Part shown: one piece after another, positions 12,007 through 26,181 of the stretch
Numbering within the stretch: position 1 is the first letter of the stretch
How the letters are laid out: the number at the start of each line of letters is the position of its first letter
Assembly: GCF_036321535.1 (NCBI RefSeq)
Contig: NC_087437.1
Coordinates: forward strand, 71,736,001 to 71,800,000
Direction of reading: 5' to 3'
Source: Camelus dromedarius
Taxonomy: Eukaryota
Length of the DNA: 64,000 bases
Made by a program: the position numbers and the translations under genes
The notes under the pieces: generated by a model
What the model saw: only the letters and a program-made list of their open reading frames with translations
Told to the model about the DNA's origin: nothing
Database searches by the model: none

Positions 12007-13728
12007 AAAAGTAAATTACCATGTGTAACTGATATGCTACCTACTTTAATTGTCCAAATAGCAATAGCTGTTAGTTCACACCAGCCCAATGGTCAGACCT
12101 CCTACCTTCCTGAATGTATTAAGCTTCTGCCCATTGTTTTGATTTCCAATAACGGTGCATCACACACACCATTCTCCCTGCACTGTTCACTACCATGATC
12201 ACTTAGTCAACAAGATGGAGAAGTTACAAGGGGGCAGATGAGAGGCAGGTGGATCTATTGTGCAGCTGTGTTCCAGATAAGAATAAAACTAAGGTTTGAA
12301 AGACTGTGTGGACAAGAGATAGGTAGAAAGTAGAGTTGACAGAACTTGGTGATCTTTTGAATTACTAGGGGTAATTTTGAGGGGTTCAAGTCAAATTCAT
12401 TAGAATTTCTCCAAAACATGTTTTTTTCTCCTCCTGCATTTTTCTGGGATCACCATTATCCCTGTTATCCAAATGAGAAAATCTTTAAAGGTGTCTCTTC
12501 CCTACCTCTAACCACCCTACTTTGGTGGTTCACCAAGACACCCATTGGTTATGCATCCTAAACATCTGTTAAATCTGTCTTCTTCTATGTCTTCTTTGTT
12601 CCTCACTGTTTAATGCATTAATCTTTGAACAATGATCTTCTCTGCCTAAAGTGACCTCCCTCTTGTCATCCTCACACATCAAGTGATTGTTTTTTTTTTT
12701 AACACACACAATTTGCTAATATTTTATTAAGGATGTTTGTGTCTACATTCATAACAGAGTGATAATTTCCCCCTTTTGTAATGTTCTTGCCAGCTTTGGA
12801 ATCAAGGTATTTTTGACCTTATTATTATTATTTTTTAAAGAGATCTTTTCTGTTCTCAAGACCTGAGTTGTTACTTGTTGGAGGATTTTTTAATAATTTT
12901 AATAATTTCTTCAATAGATATAGGACTGTAAACTGCTAAAAGAAGATAACTTCCAAACCACAATTTTATACCCAGTAGCAGTATCTTTCAAAAATGAAAG
13001 TAAACAATAGTGTGACTTTTGGATGAAATGAATAAATCCTGTTCCCATGCAGCTTAGGGTTGTGTGTGTGTTTATGTATGTGTGTATATATATGTGTATT
13101 TATATATATAAATACTTTTTTTTAAGGCAAAGGCCCAGCAGAATGTCAGTCTCACTTTTCTGCATTTCCCTTTTCTCTGGTGTCGTGTGCCCCCCAAAGT
13201 CCTAACTTTCTTGCCGCTTTGACCTTCAGCTTGTCTCTTCATCTCTGAGAGAAAGCCTAAACTCTGAGACACTGCAATCTGTTTCGCTTCTGGGTCCCAT
13301 GCAGTAAGTTTCCCAATGTGCTTAGGAGAAAGAGTTGCAGAGAATGCCCAGCTTACCTCACTCAGCTTCCCTTCTCCTGGGATCTTGACCCTTAGAGCTG
13401 TGGCTGTAGTTCTCTGTCTTGAACTAGCTGTTTCAGCAAACTGTTCATGTGTTATTGAATTCAGTTTGCTGATACTAGAATTTTGTATCTATATTTATAA
13501 ATAAGATTTGGCTAATATTTTCTGTCCTCATAATTCATCATCAAGTGTGTTAAGGTTATTCTATCTCCTGAGATGAGTTGTAAAATATTCCTTCTTTTTT
13601 CTATTCTCTTGGAGAGTCTGTGTTACATTACAATTCTGAACATTCGGCAAACTTGTTAGTGGAGCCATCTGAGATCTGAGAACAGAGTTTGTTTTTTATT
13701 TTTTTGGTTTTTTTTTGAGGTGATTTTT

Positions 13729-13898
13729 ATTTTTTTATTTTATTTTTACATAGTTTTTTTTTCTTTTTTTGGCGAGGGAGGTAATTAGGTTTATTTATTC
13801 ATTTATTTTAATTTTTTAAAAATAAAAGTACTGCAGATTGAACCCAGGACCTTGTGCATGCTAAGCATGTGTTCTAACACTGAGCTATATCCTCTCCC
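13729..13898 (-). mobile_element. vic-1-like SINE
   Basis: TSD tgaggtgattttt at 13716-13728 and 13899-13911. Confidence 0.85.
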
Positions 13899-13949
13899 TG
13901 AGGTGATTTTTCTTTTTAAATTAATGTCTTCAGTGATTATAGTTCTTTT

Positions 13950-15270
13950 TAAACATTTTATTTAAATATAATTGACATATAACATTAAATTAGTTTCAGA
14001 TGTACAACATGATTTGATATTTGTATACATTAGAAACTGCAATATGTCTAGGCAATAATCCATCACCATACACAAAAACTTTTGAGATCTTACTCTCTGA
14101 ACAACAAACACACAATTCAGTATTATTAACTATAGTTATCATGGTGTACATTGCATCGCCATGACTTATTTTATAACTAGAAACTTATACCCTTTGACAC
14201 CCTTCACTTTGCCCGTCCCCCAACCCCTACCTCTGGCAACCACCAGTCTGTTTTCTTTATGAGTATGGGTTTTGTTATTATTTATATGTATAATTTACTT
14301 TGCTATGCAAAGCTTGTAAGTTTGATTAGATCCCGTTTTATTTTTGCTTTTGTTTCCTTTGCTTTAAGAGATGAATAAAAATGGTACAATTTAAGTCAAA
14401 GAGTATTCCCCTATACTGCTGAAATTAAAAAAAAAAAAAAAAAAAGAGTATTCCCCTATGTGTTTTTCTAGGAGTTTCATGGTTTTCAGTCTTACATTGA
14501 GATCTATAATCCAATTGGAGTTTATTTTTGTTTGTGTGTGAAAAGATGTTCTACTTTTATTCTCTAACATGTAGCTATCCACTTTTCCCAGCATCATTTA
14601 TTGAATAGACTATTTTCCCCATAGTATGATCTTGCTCTTTTGTTGTAGATTAATTGACCATATGTGTGTATGTTTATTGCTAGGCTCTCTGTTCTGTTCC
14701 ATTGATCTATGTGTCTGTTTTTTGTGCCAGTACCATGCTGTTCTGATTACTGTAGCTTTGTTAGTATAGTCTGAAGTTGGAGCGCATGATTACTCCCCAC
14801 TTTGTTACAGTTTTTTCTCACGGTTGCTTTGGCTATTCTGGGGTCTTTTATGGTTCCATGTAAAATTTAGAATTATTCTAGTTCTGTAAAAAAATGTCAT
14901 GGGTATTTTGATAGGGATTGCATAAATCTATAGATTGCCTTGGGTAGTATGGTCATTTTAACAATATTCTTCCAGTGTATGAACACAGAGTGTCTTTCCA
15001 TTTCTTTGTAACATCTTCAAATTCCCTTCATCAATGTTTTATAGTTTTCAGAGTATAAATCTTCCACCACTTTGGTTAAGTTTATTCCTAGGTATTTTAT
15101 TCTTCTTAATGTGATTTTAAACAGGACTGTTTCCCTGCCTTTTCCTTTTGATAGTTCATTATTAGTATGTAGAAAAGCAACAAATTTCTGTATATTAATC
15201 TTATATCCTGTAACTTTACTGAATTTATTTATTCTAATAGTTTTTTGATGGAGACTTCAGTTTTCTCACA
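13950..15270 (-). mobile_element. L1 (3'UTR plus ORF2 fragment, internally deleted)
   Basis: minus-strand ORF 14391-14597 (TKINSNWIIDLNVR) is L1 ORF2-like. Confidence 0.8.
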
Positions 15271-15274
15271 CTTT

Positions 15275-16372
15275 GATTTTTTTAAATTGAAGTATAGTTG
15301 ATTTATAATGTTGAGTTAGTTTCTATATAACTAACATAGTTATATACATATATATTCCTTTTCATATTCTTTTTCATTATAGGTTATTACAATTATTGAA
15401 TATAGTTCCCTGTGCTATACAGTAGGCCTCCTTGTTTATCTATTTTATATACAGTAGTTTGTATCCGCTAATCCCAAACTCTGAATTCATCCCTCCTCCC
15501 TCCCTTGTCCCCTTCGGTAACCATAAGTTTGTTTTCTACCCCGTGAGTCTGTTTCTGTTTTGTAAATAAGTTCATTTGTCATTGTTTAGATTCCACATAT
15601 AAATCATATCATATGGTATTTATCTTTCTATGTCTGACTTACTTCACTTATGATCATCTCTAGGTCCATCTGTCCATCCATGTTGCTGCAAATAGCATTA
15701 TTTCATTCTTCTTTATGGCTGAGTAGTATTCTATTGTATATATATACCACAATTTCTTTATCCAATCATCTGATGATGGACATTTAGATTGCTTCCATAT
15801 CTTGGCTATTGTAAATAGTGCTGCTATGAACATTGGGGTGCATGTACCTTTTTGAATTGTCTTTTTTTTTGAGATATAAGCACAGGAGTGGAATTGCTGG
15901 ATCACATGGTAAGTCTATTTTTAGCTTTTTAAAGAATATCTATACTGTTTTCCATAGTGGCTGCACCAAATTATATTCCCACCAACAGTGTTTGAGAGTT
16001 CCATTTTCTCCACATCCTCTCCAGCATTTATCATTTGTGGACTTTTTAATGATGGCCATTCTGACTGGTGTGAGGTGATACCTCATTGTAGTTTTGATTT
16101 GCATTTCTCTGATAAATAGAGATACTGAGCATCTTTTCTTGTGCCTATTGGCCATATGTATGCCTTCATTGGAGAAATGTCTGTTTAGGTCTTCTGCCCA
16201 TTTTTGGATTGGGTTGTTTGTTTTTTTGTTATTGTTGTTACTGAGTTGTATGAGCTATTTGTATATTCTGGAAGTTAAGCCCTTGTCAGTCACATCGTTT
16301 GCAAATATCTTCTCTCATTCTGTAGGTTGTCTTTTCGTTTTGTTTATTGGTTTCCTTTTGTTGTGCAAAAGC
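15275..16372 (-). mobile_element. 5'-truncated L1
   Basis: ORF2 C-terminal peptides [14 protein letters not shown] and [15 protein letters not shown] (frameshifted), plus 3'UTR. Confidence 0.9.
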
Positions 16373-16499
16373 CCTAACACATGAAATTTTAATGTTAATT
16401 CTTTACCCAAGACAATGCAAGCACCTTCCAGTCTTCCTTCAACCTTCCTTCTGGAATGATATTCCATCATTGTGTATTTTAAAAAAACAATATCTTTCA

Positions 16500-17460
16500 C
16501 AATTCACATTTAAAATCTCACAAGATATATTCAATTGATGTTCACAAAGAATTACCCATGTATTGACCACTTTCTTTGCTAGTTATTCCTTCTTGCATCT
16601 GGGAATTTTTTCTTCTGTCCAAAATACATTCTTCAGAACTTCTTTTACTGCAGGTCTGCTATTGGCAAATTCTATTTTCTCTGTTTTGAAAATTTTTCTG
16701 ACGTGAAAGGATTTTTTTTTAGCATAGAATTCTACATAGTAATAATTTTCTTTTGACCCATGCAAGATGTCATTCAGTTGCTGTAGAACTTCCATTGCTT
16801 TTGCCACCTGTTGGTGTGATTGTCAGTCCCTTGAAGGTAATTTGTCTTTTCTGGCAGTGTTTAGGATTTTCTGATTTTGGTGTTCTGCAATTTCATTCTA
16901 ATGTATCTAGGTGCTTGAATCCATGGATTTAAAACTCATATCAATTTTGGGAAAAAATTTAGCCTGTTTGTCTTCTGCTTTTGTTCTCCCACCTTCTGTC
17001 TCAGACCCTGATCAAAGTACATGTTAGAATTTCTCCATCTTATTCTCTAAATATCTTGTCCTATCTTCTGCATTTTCTAGCTTAAAAAAATCTTTCCAGG
17101 CTGTACTTTATGAATTTCTTCTGATCTATTTTCTGCAGATAGTTATCTCCTCGATGATCTCCTCTGGTGTTAAAGCCACCCTATGTGATCTTAATTTCAG
17201 CTTTTGTATTTTTTAGTTCTTAAAAGTTTATTTGGTTATTTTTCATATCTGTTTTGTTTTTAGGCTTTTTTTCTGTAGCTATTTCAAGATTTTCCTTTTA
17301 TTTCTTTAACCATACTAAGCATAATTGTTTTTCGGACTATGTTTGATAATTTCAACATCTGAAGTTTTTAAGGACTTTTTTTGGGGGGGGTATTATCTTT
17401 GTTTTGTTGACTCTTACTCCTGATGTCTTATTTCTAACGTGATTGACTACCTTATCTTCA
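16500..17460 (-). mobile_element. ancient L1 (L1ME-like) ORF1-region remnant
   Basis: T-rich degenerate L1; peptide EFANSRPAVKEVLKNVF resembles the ORF1 C-terminus. Confidence 0.5.
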
Positions 17461-17974
17461 TGGATGTGGGTTGACTATATCTTCACTGAAAGAGTGAATG
17501 AATACCCTTTTAACCTCTTGAAAAAATTCTATTGGAAGAGAAAAGTGTGGAAGAATACACATCAGTGTCTTAGCATTCAATATATCTACTTGAGATCAGA
17601 GAGAGAAATATAATAGTTAACTTTGATTTCATTTGTAGCAATATTTATGTATTAGTTTTATGACTTGAGACTCGTAAAATTAAGATAAAAGCACAGATGT
17701 TTTGAGGCTCTTATAATTCCACTGCATCACCTTCTCTCTCTTTAGACTGTTATTAAATCTTATCACCTGGTCAATCCCACCCCTTTATTAAAATTTTGAG
17801 AATATAGCTATCTTTACCCAAAGTGCAAGCAATTATTCTGAATGACATTAACACCATGTGCCTAATTGAACAAACCACATCAGCCTCTGAGTTTCTTGAC
17901 CTCTTCATTTCCCACGATCTTTCCAGCTCATTCCCACACTTTCACAGCCACCCACTGGGCACTATTACCACTTG

Positions 17975-18351
17975 TTTATTAGTTTGCTAGAGTGTATATG
18001 ACAGAATACACAGCCTGGGAGGCTTAAGCAACAGAAATCTACTTTCTCACCATTCCTTAGGTTAGAAGTTTAAGGTCAAGGTACTGAGAGGTTTGGTGTC
18101 TTCTGATGCCTCTCTCCTTGGCTTGCAGATGGCCACCTTCTCACTGTGTCCTTGTGTGGTTGTCCCTCTGTGTCCTAATCTCCTCTTCTTATAAGGACAC
18201 CAGTCATATTTGTTTAGAGCCCACCCCAATGATCCTATTGTAACAGTTACCTGCATGAAGGCCCCATCTCCCAATACAGTCATATACTGGATATATGGGG
18301 GGTTAGGACTTCTACATGTGAATTTGATGGGACACAATTCAGACCATAACA
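17975..18351. mobile_element. MLT1A-like MaLR solo LTR
   Basis: ggcttgcagatggccaccttctc...gggacacaattcagaccataaca; 5-bp TSD acttg on both sides. Confidence 0.8.
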
Positions 18352-18359
18352 ACTTGTAA

Positions 18360-21300
18360 GAACTCAGTCTTAAAAGTCAACCATTCAGATATCTCACATT
18401 CTGCCTCAAACTCTCTCCCGTCCAGCCTGTTCACTGGGCTACTTCTGCTCCACCTGTGTTCTGAAGTCACAGGCACCTCTTGTTCATTCACCATTTGCTT
18501 TCTCTCACCCATTAAGTCCACTCTTAACTTCCTTTTACATCCAGCTTAAATTTCATGATTCTTCATTTCAGTAAGGGTCAATAACACTATTCCAATGCCT
18601 TGATCTCCTGGTTTTTTCTTTTTTTTTTAATGCACATCTGGCAAAAATCCATCCCTAAATGTCCCCAACTAATTTATATTTGCCTACATTGATTACCAAG
18701 GGCAGCTGGAGATAATCACACACCAGGAAAGATTAGCTTCTCCATAACTTAGTGACTCAAATGGTCGCCACACAATTCGTGGTGTGGCTTAGCAATCCTG
18801 TGACATGGCTCTTATCAGCTGTCTTTCACCCACAGTGACCACTGTAAACTCCTCCACTCCTCAAAGCTTCAAGCCTCCCACTGGCTGGCACTCTCACTCT
18901 CATTCTCAGCATCACTTACTTCACAGGAACTAGGAGCCCTCTGACGGGAACTCTTTCACCTTCCCACTACCAATCATAAAATCCTGTTACCTCTGCATCT
19001 GCCTGCTCCTCTTCCCATTTTTTTCTTTTTGTTTTACAGTAGAGATGCTGTCAGCCTTCCTTTTGAGGCCAGCTCTCCCTTGTGACCCTTGGATTCTACT
19101 CCCACTGTCCCAAGATTCCACACGATTCATTTTCGTTTTCTGTCATATAAATTTAACCTTACCTATTTACTCAGTCATTTCCATCAGTATTTAAATATAT
19201 TCGAGCCTCTCCCACTTATAAATTCCGTGACCTTATGTTCTCCTCCAGTGACTGTCCTATTTTTCTTCTCCCAGTTTTCTCAAGGGGATTGATTATTCCC
19301 CTCCATTTCCTTACCTCCCACTCCCTCCTTAACACACTCTTATTACTTTCTTGTTTCATAATTCCACCAGATCTGCTCTTCTAAAGACACCAGTGGTATC
19401 CATTTAACATTTTTAGTACTTAATCCTTCTTGCCCCCTTAGTCTCAGTCGACCTTGTTGACCCTCACTTCCTCTTTGAAATACCATCTCCCTTCAACTTT
19501 TGAGACATTATGCTCTCCTGGTTCTTTCTTCTACATCTTGCCACCGCTTCTTACTCTCCCTCCCCCAGCCGTTGAATGTTGTTTCCCCAAGACTCTGTCC
19601 CAATCTCTCTTCTCACTCTGTTCTCTTGACCTAGGTTATACAACAAGGCCACATCTTCCTTATGAGCCCAAATGTGCCACAGGATATTTGCACATACTAT
19701 TTTCTTTACACAGTCTTCTCCCTCAAGCCCTCCACTAAGTCATTATGGAATTATCTTCTACTCGTCTTTTACCTTGAGTCTTAGGTACCACCTTCTCAGG
19801 AAGCCTTGCATAATCTTTCTCTTGCAGTACCTCTGCAACACTTGTTGCAGTTATAGTTTACATTTATTTATGACTTGCTAAATAACAGGCTCTCCCACTG
19901 AAAGTAAGCTCCATAATGACAGTGACTATACCTGTTTTTCTTATTATAATTTTATCTCTAGCACTTTATAAAATTCTGAGTACATAGTAGGTGTATAATA
20001 AATACATGTAGAATAAAATAACTGGATGGGTCAACATTTTGAATAATGTATCTATGGAATGTCAACATGGGGATTTTCCATACATAGTTAAATACATGAT
20101 TTTGGAGCTCAAGAGAGAGGTCTGGACTAGAAAGATTAATTTGGAGTCTAATTGCCTGTGAGTGGTAATGAAGCTTTGGTTGGCTATAATATTTCCCAGG
20201 GAATGTTTATGGAGAGAAAGGAGAAGAGGGAAGAGAACATAAACCCTGGGAACATCCACATGAAATAAACTCAGGCAGAGAGAGGATGATCCGTCAAAGG
20301 AGGCTGAGGCTGTGTATGCTATCCACACACTGCAGATTTTCCTTGGCAGCCCTAATTTTAATATTTGGCCAAACATATTTCACAAAGACATTTTTGGCTC
20401 AGCAAATATGTACTAGCATCGTAAGGGAAACAAATCTAAACCTAATTTTAACACTTAGCTTATTCATGAATAATGATATAATAATTTTTATTAATAATTG
20501 TGTATAAAGATTAAGAAGATTTACTTAATCCTACCTAATCCTGTAGTTATTATTAGTAATAAGTGCTTTTTAAAATGGCTAGTATATATAGCAATTATAT
20601 TTTCCTTGGTTTAAAATCTTTTTTGAACTGTGCTCCTAAAATATTTGCCTAAATGTAAATGAACTGTTTAATATTTTTTTAGCCTGAAAGTACTTTACTG
20701 ATAATCTGTGAGAATGGCTATGTTCTCGAAGCTCCATTTCCAACTGTAAAGGAGGAAGAAGAGGATCATGATGTAGTTTCCTATGAAATCAAAGACATGT
20801 GCATAAAATGTTTCCATTTCTCAAGTGTCAAATCTAAGATTCTGGTATGAAATATCCTTGAAGCATTATCTTCTAATTTTTTCTTAGAATATAAATTATT
20901 CTGTGTTAAGTGCTAGGGAAAAACAAAGATGATTAATACATTGAGTTCAAGGAGCTTATCTGGTGGAAAGTAGCTAACTGTATTAGGAGGCGGTAATGAA
21001 TAGATATGAAAATCATGGTGCAAATAAAATTTTAGGGGCATGCACAGGAAAGAATATATGATTCTGATGGAGGGGTGAAAGGAGGTCAAGGATGACTTCA
21101 TGGAGGTGACATTTAGTACTTAAAGAATGGGAAGGATTTTGAGAAGATGAAAATGGGGAAGAAGGCAGTTAAAGCTGGGAGAACATCCTGAAGGAAGGCA
21201 GAATTGCAAGAGTTTTTGGTGTTTGGGGGAAATGAAGAATGGACTCTGAGACAGAGGGATGCAATTGTGACCACCACGTGGGGCTCCTTAAACACCAACC

Positions 21301-21480
21301 AAGGTGTTTTAATTCTTAGGCCATTAGGATCCATTGTGAGTTTTTGAGGAGAGGATTGAGTGATGCGATCATATAAATTTGGAATTTAATTCTAAGGGGA
21401 AAATGGAATAAAGAGGTAAAAGATGGGAGGTAGGGATGCCAGTGTTAGGAGGCTTTTGCAATAGTTGGCAGAGGCAGAGG
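18360..21480. mobile_element. L2 fragments (both orientations, flanking exon 8)
   Basis: degenerate L2 motifs including the 3' end tacatagtaggtgtataataaatac at ~19980; approximate. Confidence 0.5.
20683..20844 (+). CDS. CFAP44: exon 8 (PESTLLII...KSKIL), 162 nt
   Basis: tttag|CCT ... CTG|gtatga; phase 0/0. Confidence 0.92.
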
Positions 21481-21859
21481 GTCTGAATCACTGTACCACT
21501 AAATGTAGAAACAACTTCCCTCGTGGACTATTTCAATATGCCTAATTCATGGAGTGACAGTGATAGGCTCTAAGAGAAACTGTAGTTAGCTTTTCTATTA
21601 GGAAAACAAAGTCAAAATACTTCCTGTAAAACCAGGGTCAGTGGGAGTAAGACAGAAAGTCACTCCAATGATTTTAAAATTTTAACAATAAAAATACATC
21701 CCCCAAATTGATAATTATTTTTGAATGACATTTTTACATTAGAGATGTGAGTTTTTGTAGGACTGTCTACCTCTTACTTTCTTTGTCATCTCTAATAGTG
21801 TGAATGAATGAATGAATTATGGCTGTGTTTATATCTCCTCAATATCCCTTTTGCAAAAG

Positions 21860-22090
21860 AGATTAATAGAAATTGAAAAGAGAAAGAAACGAAAGGAGTT
21901 GAAGGAGAAGGAAAAGGAGGAAAGAAGGAAGAAGCTAGCAGAAGAGATGGGAGAAGATGGAGAAAGGGAACTCCACAGGGAAGAGGAGGAGGAGGAAGAG
22001 GAGCCATTGCCCGAAATCTTTATTCCTTTAACCCCCTGTCACATCCTCTGTGGATTCTACTCTGGACCAGGGAAGTTCTGGGTTTCTTTG
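21860..22090 (+). CDS. CFAP44: exon 9 (RLIEIEK...poly-E...KFWVSL), 231 nt
   Basis: caaaag|AGA ... TTG|gtgagt; phase 0/0; charged insert between WD regions. Confidence 0.9.
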
Positions 22091-23172
22091 GTGAGTAATA
22101 ATGTAATAAATTTTATTTCAGCCCTAATCCAATATGGTTATTATTTCCAGCACATTCTTACTTCCTTACTCTATGTTAAGTCTTCATTTATTAATTACTG
22201 TCGAAAGTATGAATTTTGATGAATAAATGTGAGTTTTTATATCATCTTAGTATCCTTTTTATATGACAACTTGTTATATCTGTTATCTATGACAATCATA
22301 CATGTTTGAGGAGGTCAAAGGGGGGAAGAACCAAAGGAGAAGGGCAAAGGCCAAAAGGCTTTTCCAGCTGCATCTGTTGCTTTAAGATATTGATTCTAAT
22401 GACAGTACTACCCAGTAGACTTTTGCTTGCCTTTGATTATCTATAACTCTGCTTTGTGGCCACATGGAAGTCCGGGGAAATGACTGTTTTTAAATGGTGA
22501 CATTGCCTCTCTGAACGAAATTGGGATGTGGCTAATAAGGAAGAAGAGAAAAATAATGGGGAGACAAATACCTGGGACTGTCACAGTGATGTGACAATTA
22601 TATATTTTTTACTCTTACAAAACATTTTATGAATCTATTGCAAAGTGAGATTTCCTTCATTATAAACTTGTCACAGATTTCAATTCCATTCACCAAAAAA
22701 AAGTAATAATTGACACAAAAGTATATTTGAAAGATTATCACTAATGCATAACTGGTCTCAGACCTTTGGCCAGGCCAGGGAACTGACTAGCTAAGGACTG
22801 TTGCTATAAGGCGTGGTGAGAGTTAACTCCTCTCCTCTTCAGCTTTTCTTAGAAATATGTCTTTCATAGCGACTTGTATGAAGGCCAGCAGCAAGAAGGA
22901 TAGAAAGTAGTGATGAAAACACCTTAAGATTCCATTTATTTGTGCATCTACCCTTTGTCTGTCTTATGTGTTTTATGAAAGAATTATTGATGGCTACTTG
23001 TGTTGAGTTCAAGGGGTAAAGGGATAAGTAAGACATGGCCCTGCCCTCTGGAAGTGTCCTCATACCATGAAGGAGAGGGGCACAGAAGCAACTGTGATAT
23101 AAGAGAGATCTACTGTCCTTGAAACATACATGCAAAAATTATTAATTTTATAACACATATTGTTTACCTTTT

Positions 23173-23422
23173 GGGTTGCCACTTAAATATTACATGGGAC
23201 ATACATATATTAAAAATATATTTGTTTATCTGAAATTCAAATTCAACTGTGCATCCTGTATTTAAAATTTTTTTTCCTAGTTTTACTAAGGTGCAATTGA
23301 CATGCAGCACTGTGTAAGTTTAAGATATATAGCATAATGATTTGACTTGCATATATCATAAAATAATTACCACAGTAAGTTAATATACATTCTGTATTTT
23401 TGTTTGCTAAGTACGGAAACTT
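23173..23422. mobile_element. MER53-like hAT element interrupted by a short antisense L1 3' end (23264-23387)
   Basis: gggttgcca...tttatctgaaattcaaatt; L1 TSD cat(c/t)ctgtattt at 23252-23263 and 23388-23399. Confidence 0.65.
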
Positions 23423-23429
23423 GCTGATT

Positions 23430-23620
23430 CTATACCAGGCACCAGTCTAAGTGACCACCCTATAAAATAAATGCTCTTATACTTCGCGTTTTACATAAGA
23501 AGAAACCAAGGCACGGAGAAGTTAGGGAACTTATCCGAGGTTGTATAATTAATGAGAAGTGGAACCAGGATCTGGACTTGGGCAGTCTGGGTCTAGAGTC
23601 CATGCTCTTAACCATTAAAC
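23430..23620 (-). mobile_element. MIR
   Basis: gaaaccaaggcacggagaagttagggaactt...agagtccatgctcttaacca. Confidence 0.75.
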
Positions 23621-25431
23621 TGCACCGGCGCACAAGGTTAAGGTATAGTTCAGAGGTAGAGACACTCACCCTGCTTGACCCAACTATTTGCCAACTCCCC
23701 AAAAGGCATTTTACTATTGTTTTATATTGTCAGCATCATTTTGGTTTATCCTTTTTCTTGCTGTTAATTCCCTTCTATATCTTTGTAATTGCATCTTCTG
23801 CCTAAAAATAGCATTTAATATTTTCTTTAGTGTTGGTCTGTTGGTGGGAAATGCTCTGGTTTGGATTTTGAGAGATTTTTGCTTTATAGTGCCTATTTTG
23901 TCTTTTTAAAAAATTCTGTTTCTGCTAGATATTTTCAAAACTTTGGTATCTTTTTATTTTTTCTTTTCCATTCTGCCAGCTACATCTTTTTATTGGTGTT
24001 TCTTTGAAACCTCATGTATCTTTTTTCTCTTGTCGGTTTTAAGATTTGGTGATAAAAGGTCTAATTTCTTCATATATATCTTGCTTGTGGTTCACAACAC
24101 TTCTTGAATCTCAACATATTTTTACTCCGTTTTAGAAAATTCTCAGACATTATCTACTACAACATTGCTTCTAGTCCATCTTTTTACTCTCTCCTTGTGG
24201 AATTCCAATTTTATGTATGTTAACCCTCATCACTATGTCCCATATGTGTCTTACACTCCTCTTTTTGGCTGTATTTTCCATCCTTCTTTTCTCCCTCCTG
24301 CCTTTGTCTGTTTTTTACTTTTGTTTTTTGTGTTGTTTTGTTTTGTTTTGTTTTTTTATTCTGCTCCAGCTTCATAACTCTAGCTTTAGCTTGATCAAGT
24401 TGCCTTTAAACCAATCTATTGAATTTCTAATTTCTGTCATTTTATTTTTCAATTCTAGAATGTTCATTTTTCCATTATGTACTGTTTTTTATAAATTCTA
24501 GTTGATTTCTAAAATTTTCTATATTTCCTTCAATTTCCTTAAATACCTTAATCATAGTTACTTTGAATTCCCTTTTGAAAACACCTCTATCATAGTCTCT
24601 CTTATAATTCTGTCTCTTTGATCTGTTTTTACTCTTATGCCTAGTTTTTGTTTTTGTTTTTAAATTAAATGCTAGCCTTTGTATGTGAAAAACTGTAGCA
24701 TTAGCTTGAGTCTCTGTATGTTGCCATTCTCTTCTGGAGACTTATTTTTGGTTCTGGAAAGCAGCTAGAAATCCTGGATCTCTTTCATCCAGTCAGGGAC
24801 TGAGATGACTTGAAATTAGGCTTTACCTCCTGTGAGTGCCAGTCTATACCTAGTTTACTCATACATGTGGGGAAGAGTGCACCAGGGTTGTAATGGAAAG
24901 CCCGGTGGAAGGTGTGTTTACAATGACTGCTCCTTGGAGGACCCTGGAAATTCTCTCTCCCTAAATCCAAGACACTACAGTTTGCTCTGCTTAGCTTCTT
25001 GGCCTCTCAGCTGCCACTTTTAGAATTGGCAGTAGCCTCCGGGAGAAAAAGAAAGTGTCCTAGATGGAAAATCTTTGAAAACCATGACCTGTAAAACTCT
25101 ATTATTAAACACTACTTATTCAGAGTAATACTGAAAATACAACGAAATTCAGTAGGTAGGTAGAAGTGGGAAGAAGACAAGAAGTCTCTCTTATATTGCC
25201 TTTTAAGTGGAACAAATCATTGTAAGATGTATTATTATAATTATATAACTGCATGTAAATGAAAAAATGGAAATGCTTTATAAAACTTATAATGATAGAA
25301 ACCATATAAATATGGATGTTTTAAGACATTTGTTTTATGTTTTAAAATTTGAAATGATCAAAAAGTCCTCATGTGCTCATGTGTGTCTTACATTCAGGTA
25401 TCATGTTCTATGTTGTTTATCTCCTTTTCAG

Positions 25432-25577
25432 GGCGGCTATGATTCTGGTTTTCTGTATCACTGTGAGTTCCCCCCATATGACAGAAACAGTGATATCACA
25501 GCGAAGAAAGATGAACCTTTTGATTTCCGTCTTGTTGAGGATACAGAGGATAATCCCATCAGAACTATCACTTTCAG
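25432..25577 (+). CDS. CFAP44: exon 10 (GGYDSGFL...RTITF), 146 nt
   Basis: tttcag|GGC ... CAG|gtgaac; phase 0/2. Confidence 0.92.
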
Positions 25578-26181
25578 GTGAACAGAATTTCAGAAAGCTT
25601 TAAAAAAAAAAACTACCCCATTATTGGCTGTTTTTGTTCATGATGAATATTGTCAGTTTTAAAGAACTGTCCAAATGAAAAGGCACTCAAACAATGTTTA
25701 GTTAAATAAAGCAAATGAATAAAGTAGAACCGAAGATAATCCTGAAACTATTTCAATCCCTTTCATCAAATATTCTGTCAGAATGTAGCACACAATTGAA
25801 TTGTACAGATTTTCTTTCTGTTGCTTAGGAAGATGCTACTGCATGGTCAGATAATGAAGGTTCAGGGTTACAGTGATTCTGGAGAAATCACAAATTGAAT
25901 CATTAGTCCTTTGCTAACTGAGGATTAAGCATATATGCTAGTCATTCTTTTGAAGACCAAAGATAAATAGCTCCAGATTTCATATTGGCTTTTCCTCCTC
26001 TTACCTGTTTGTCTTAATTTGCTAGGGCTGCCATAGTTTGTCAGGGCTTCAACATATGGATTTGATGGGGACAGTTTAGTTCATAACACCTTTGTTATTA
26101 AAAATTTAGCTGTTTGTCAATTAATGTAAAACATTTTCAGATCAATATGAAGAAACAATTTATTTTCCTTTTGTTTCATAG

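Noticed and set aside
14290..16372. One L1 resumes at about the position where the neighbouring L1 is truncated (possible permuted element)
   Set aside because: The 15275-16372 copy has its own tail and a partial TSD; independent insertion is the simpler explanation.
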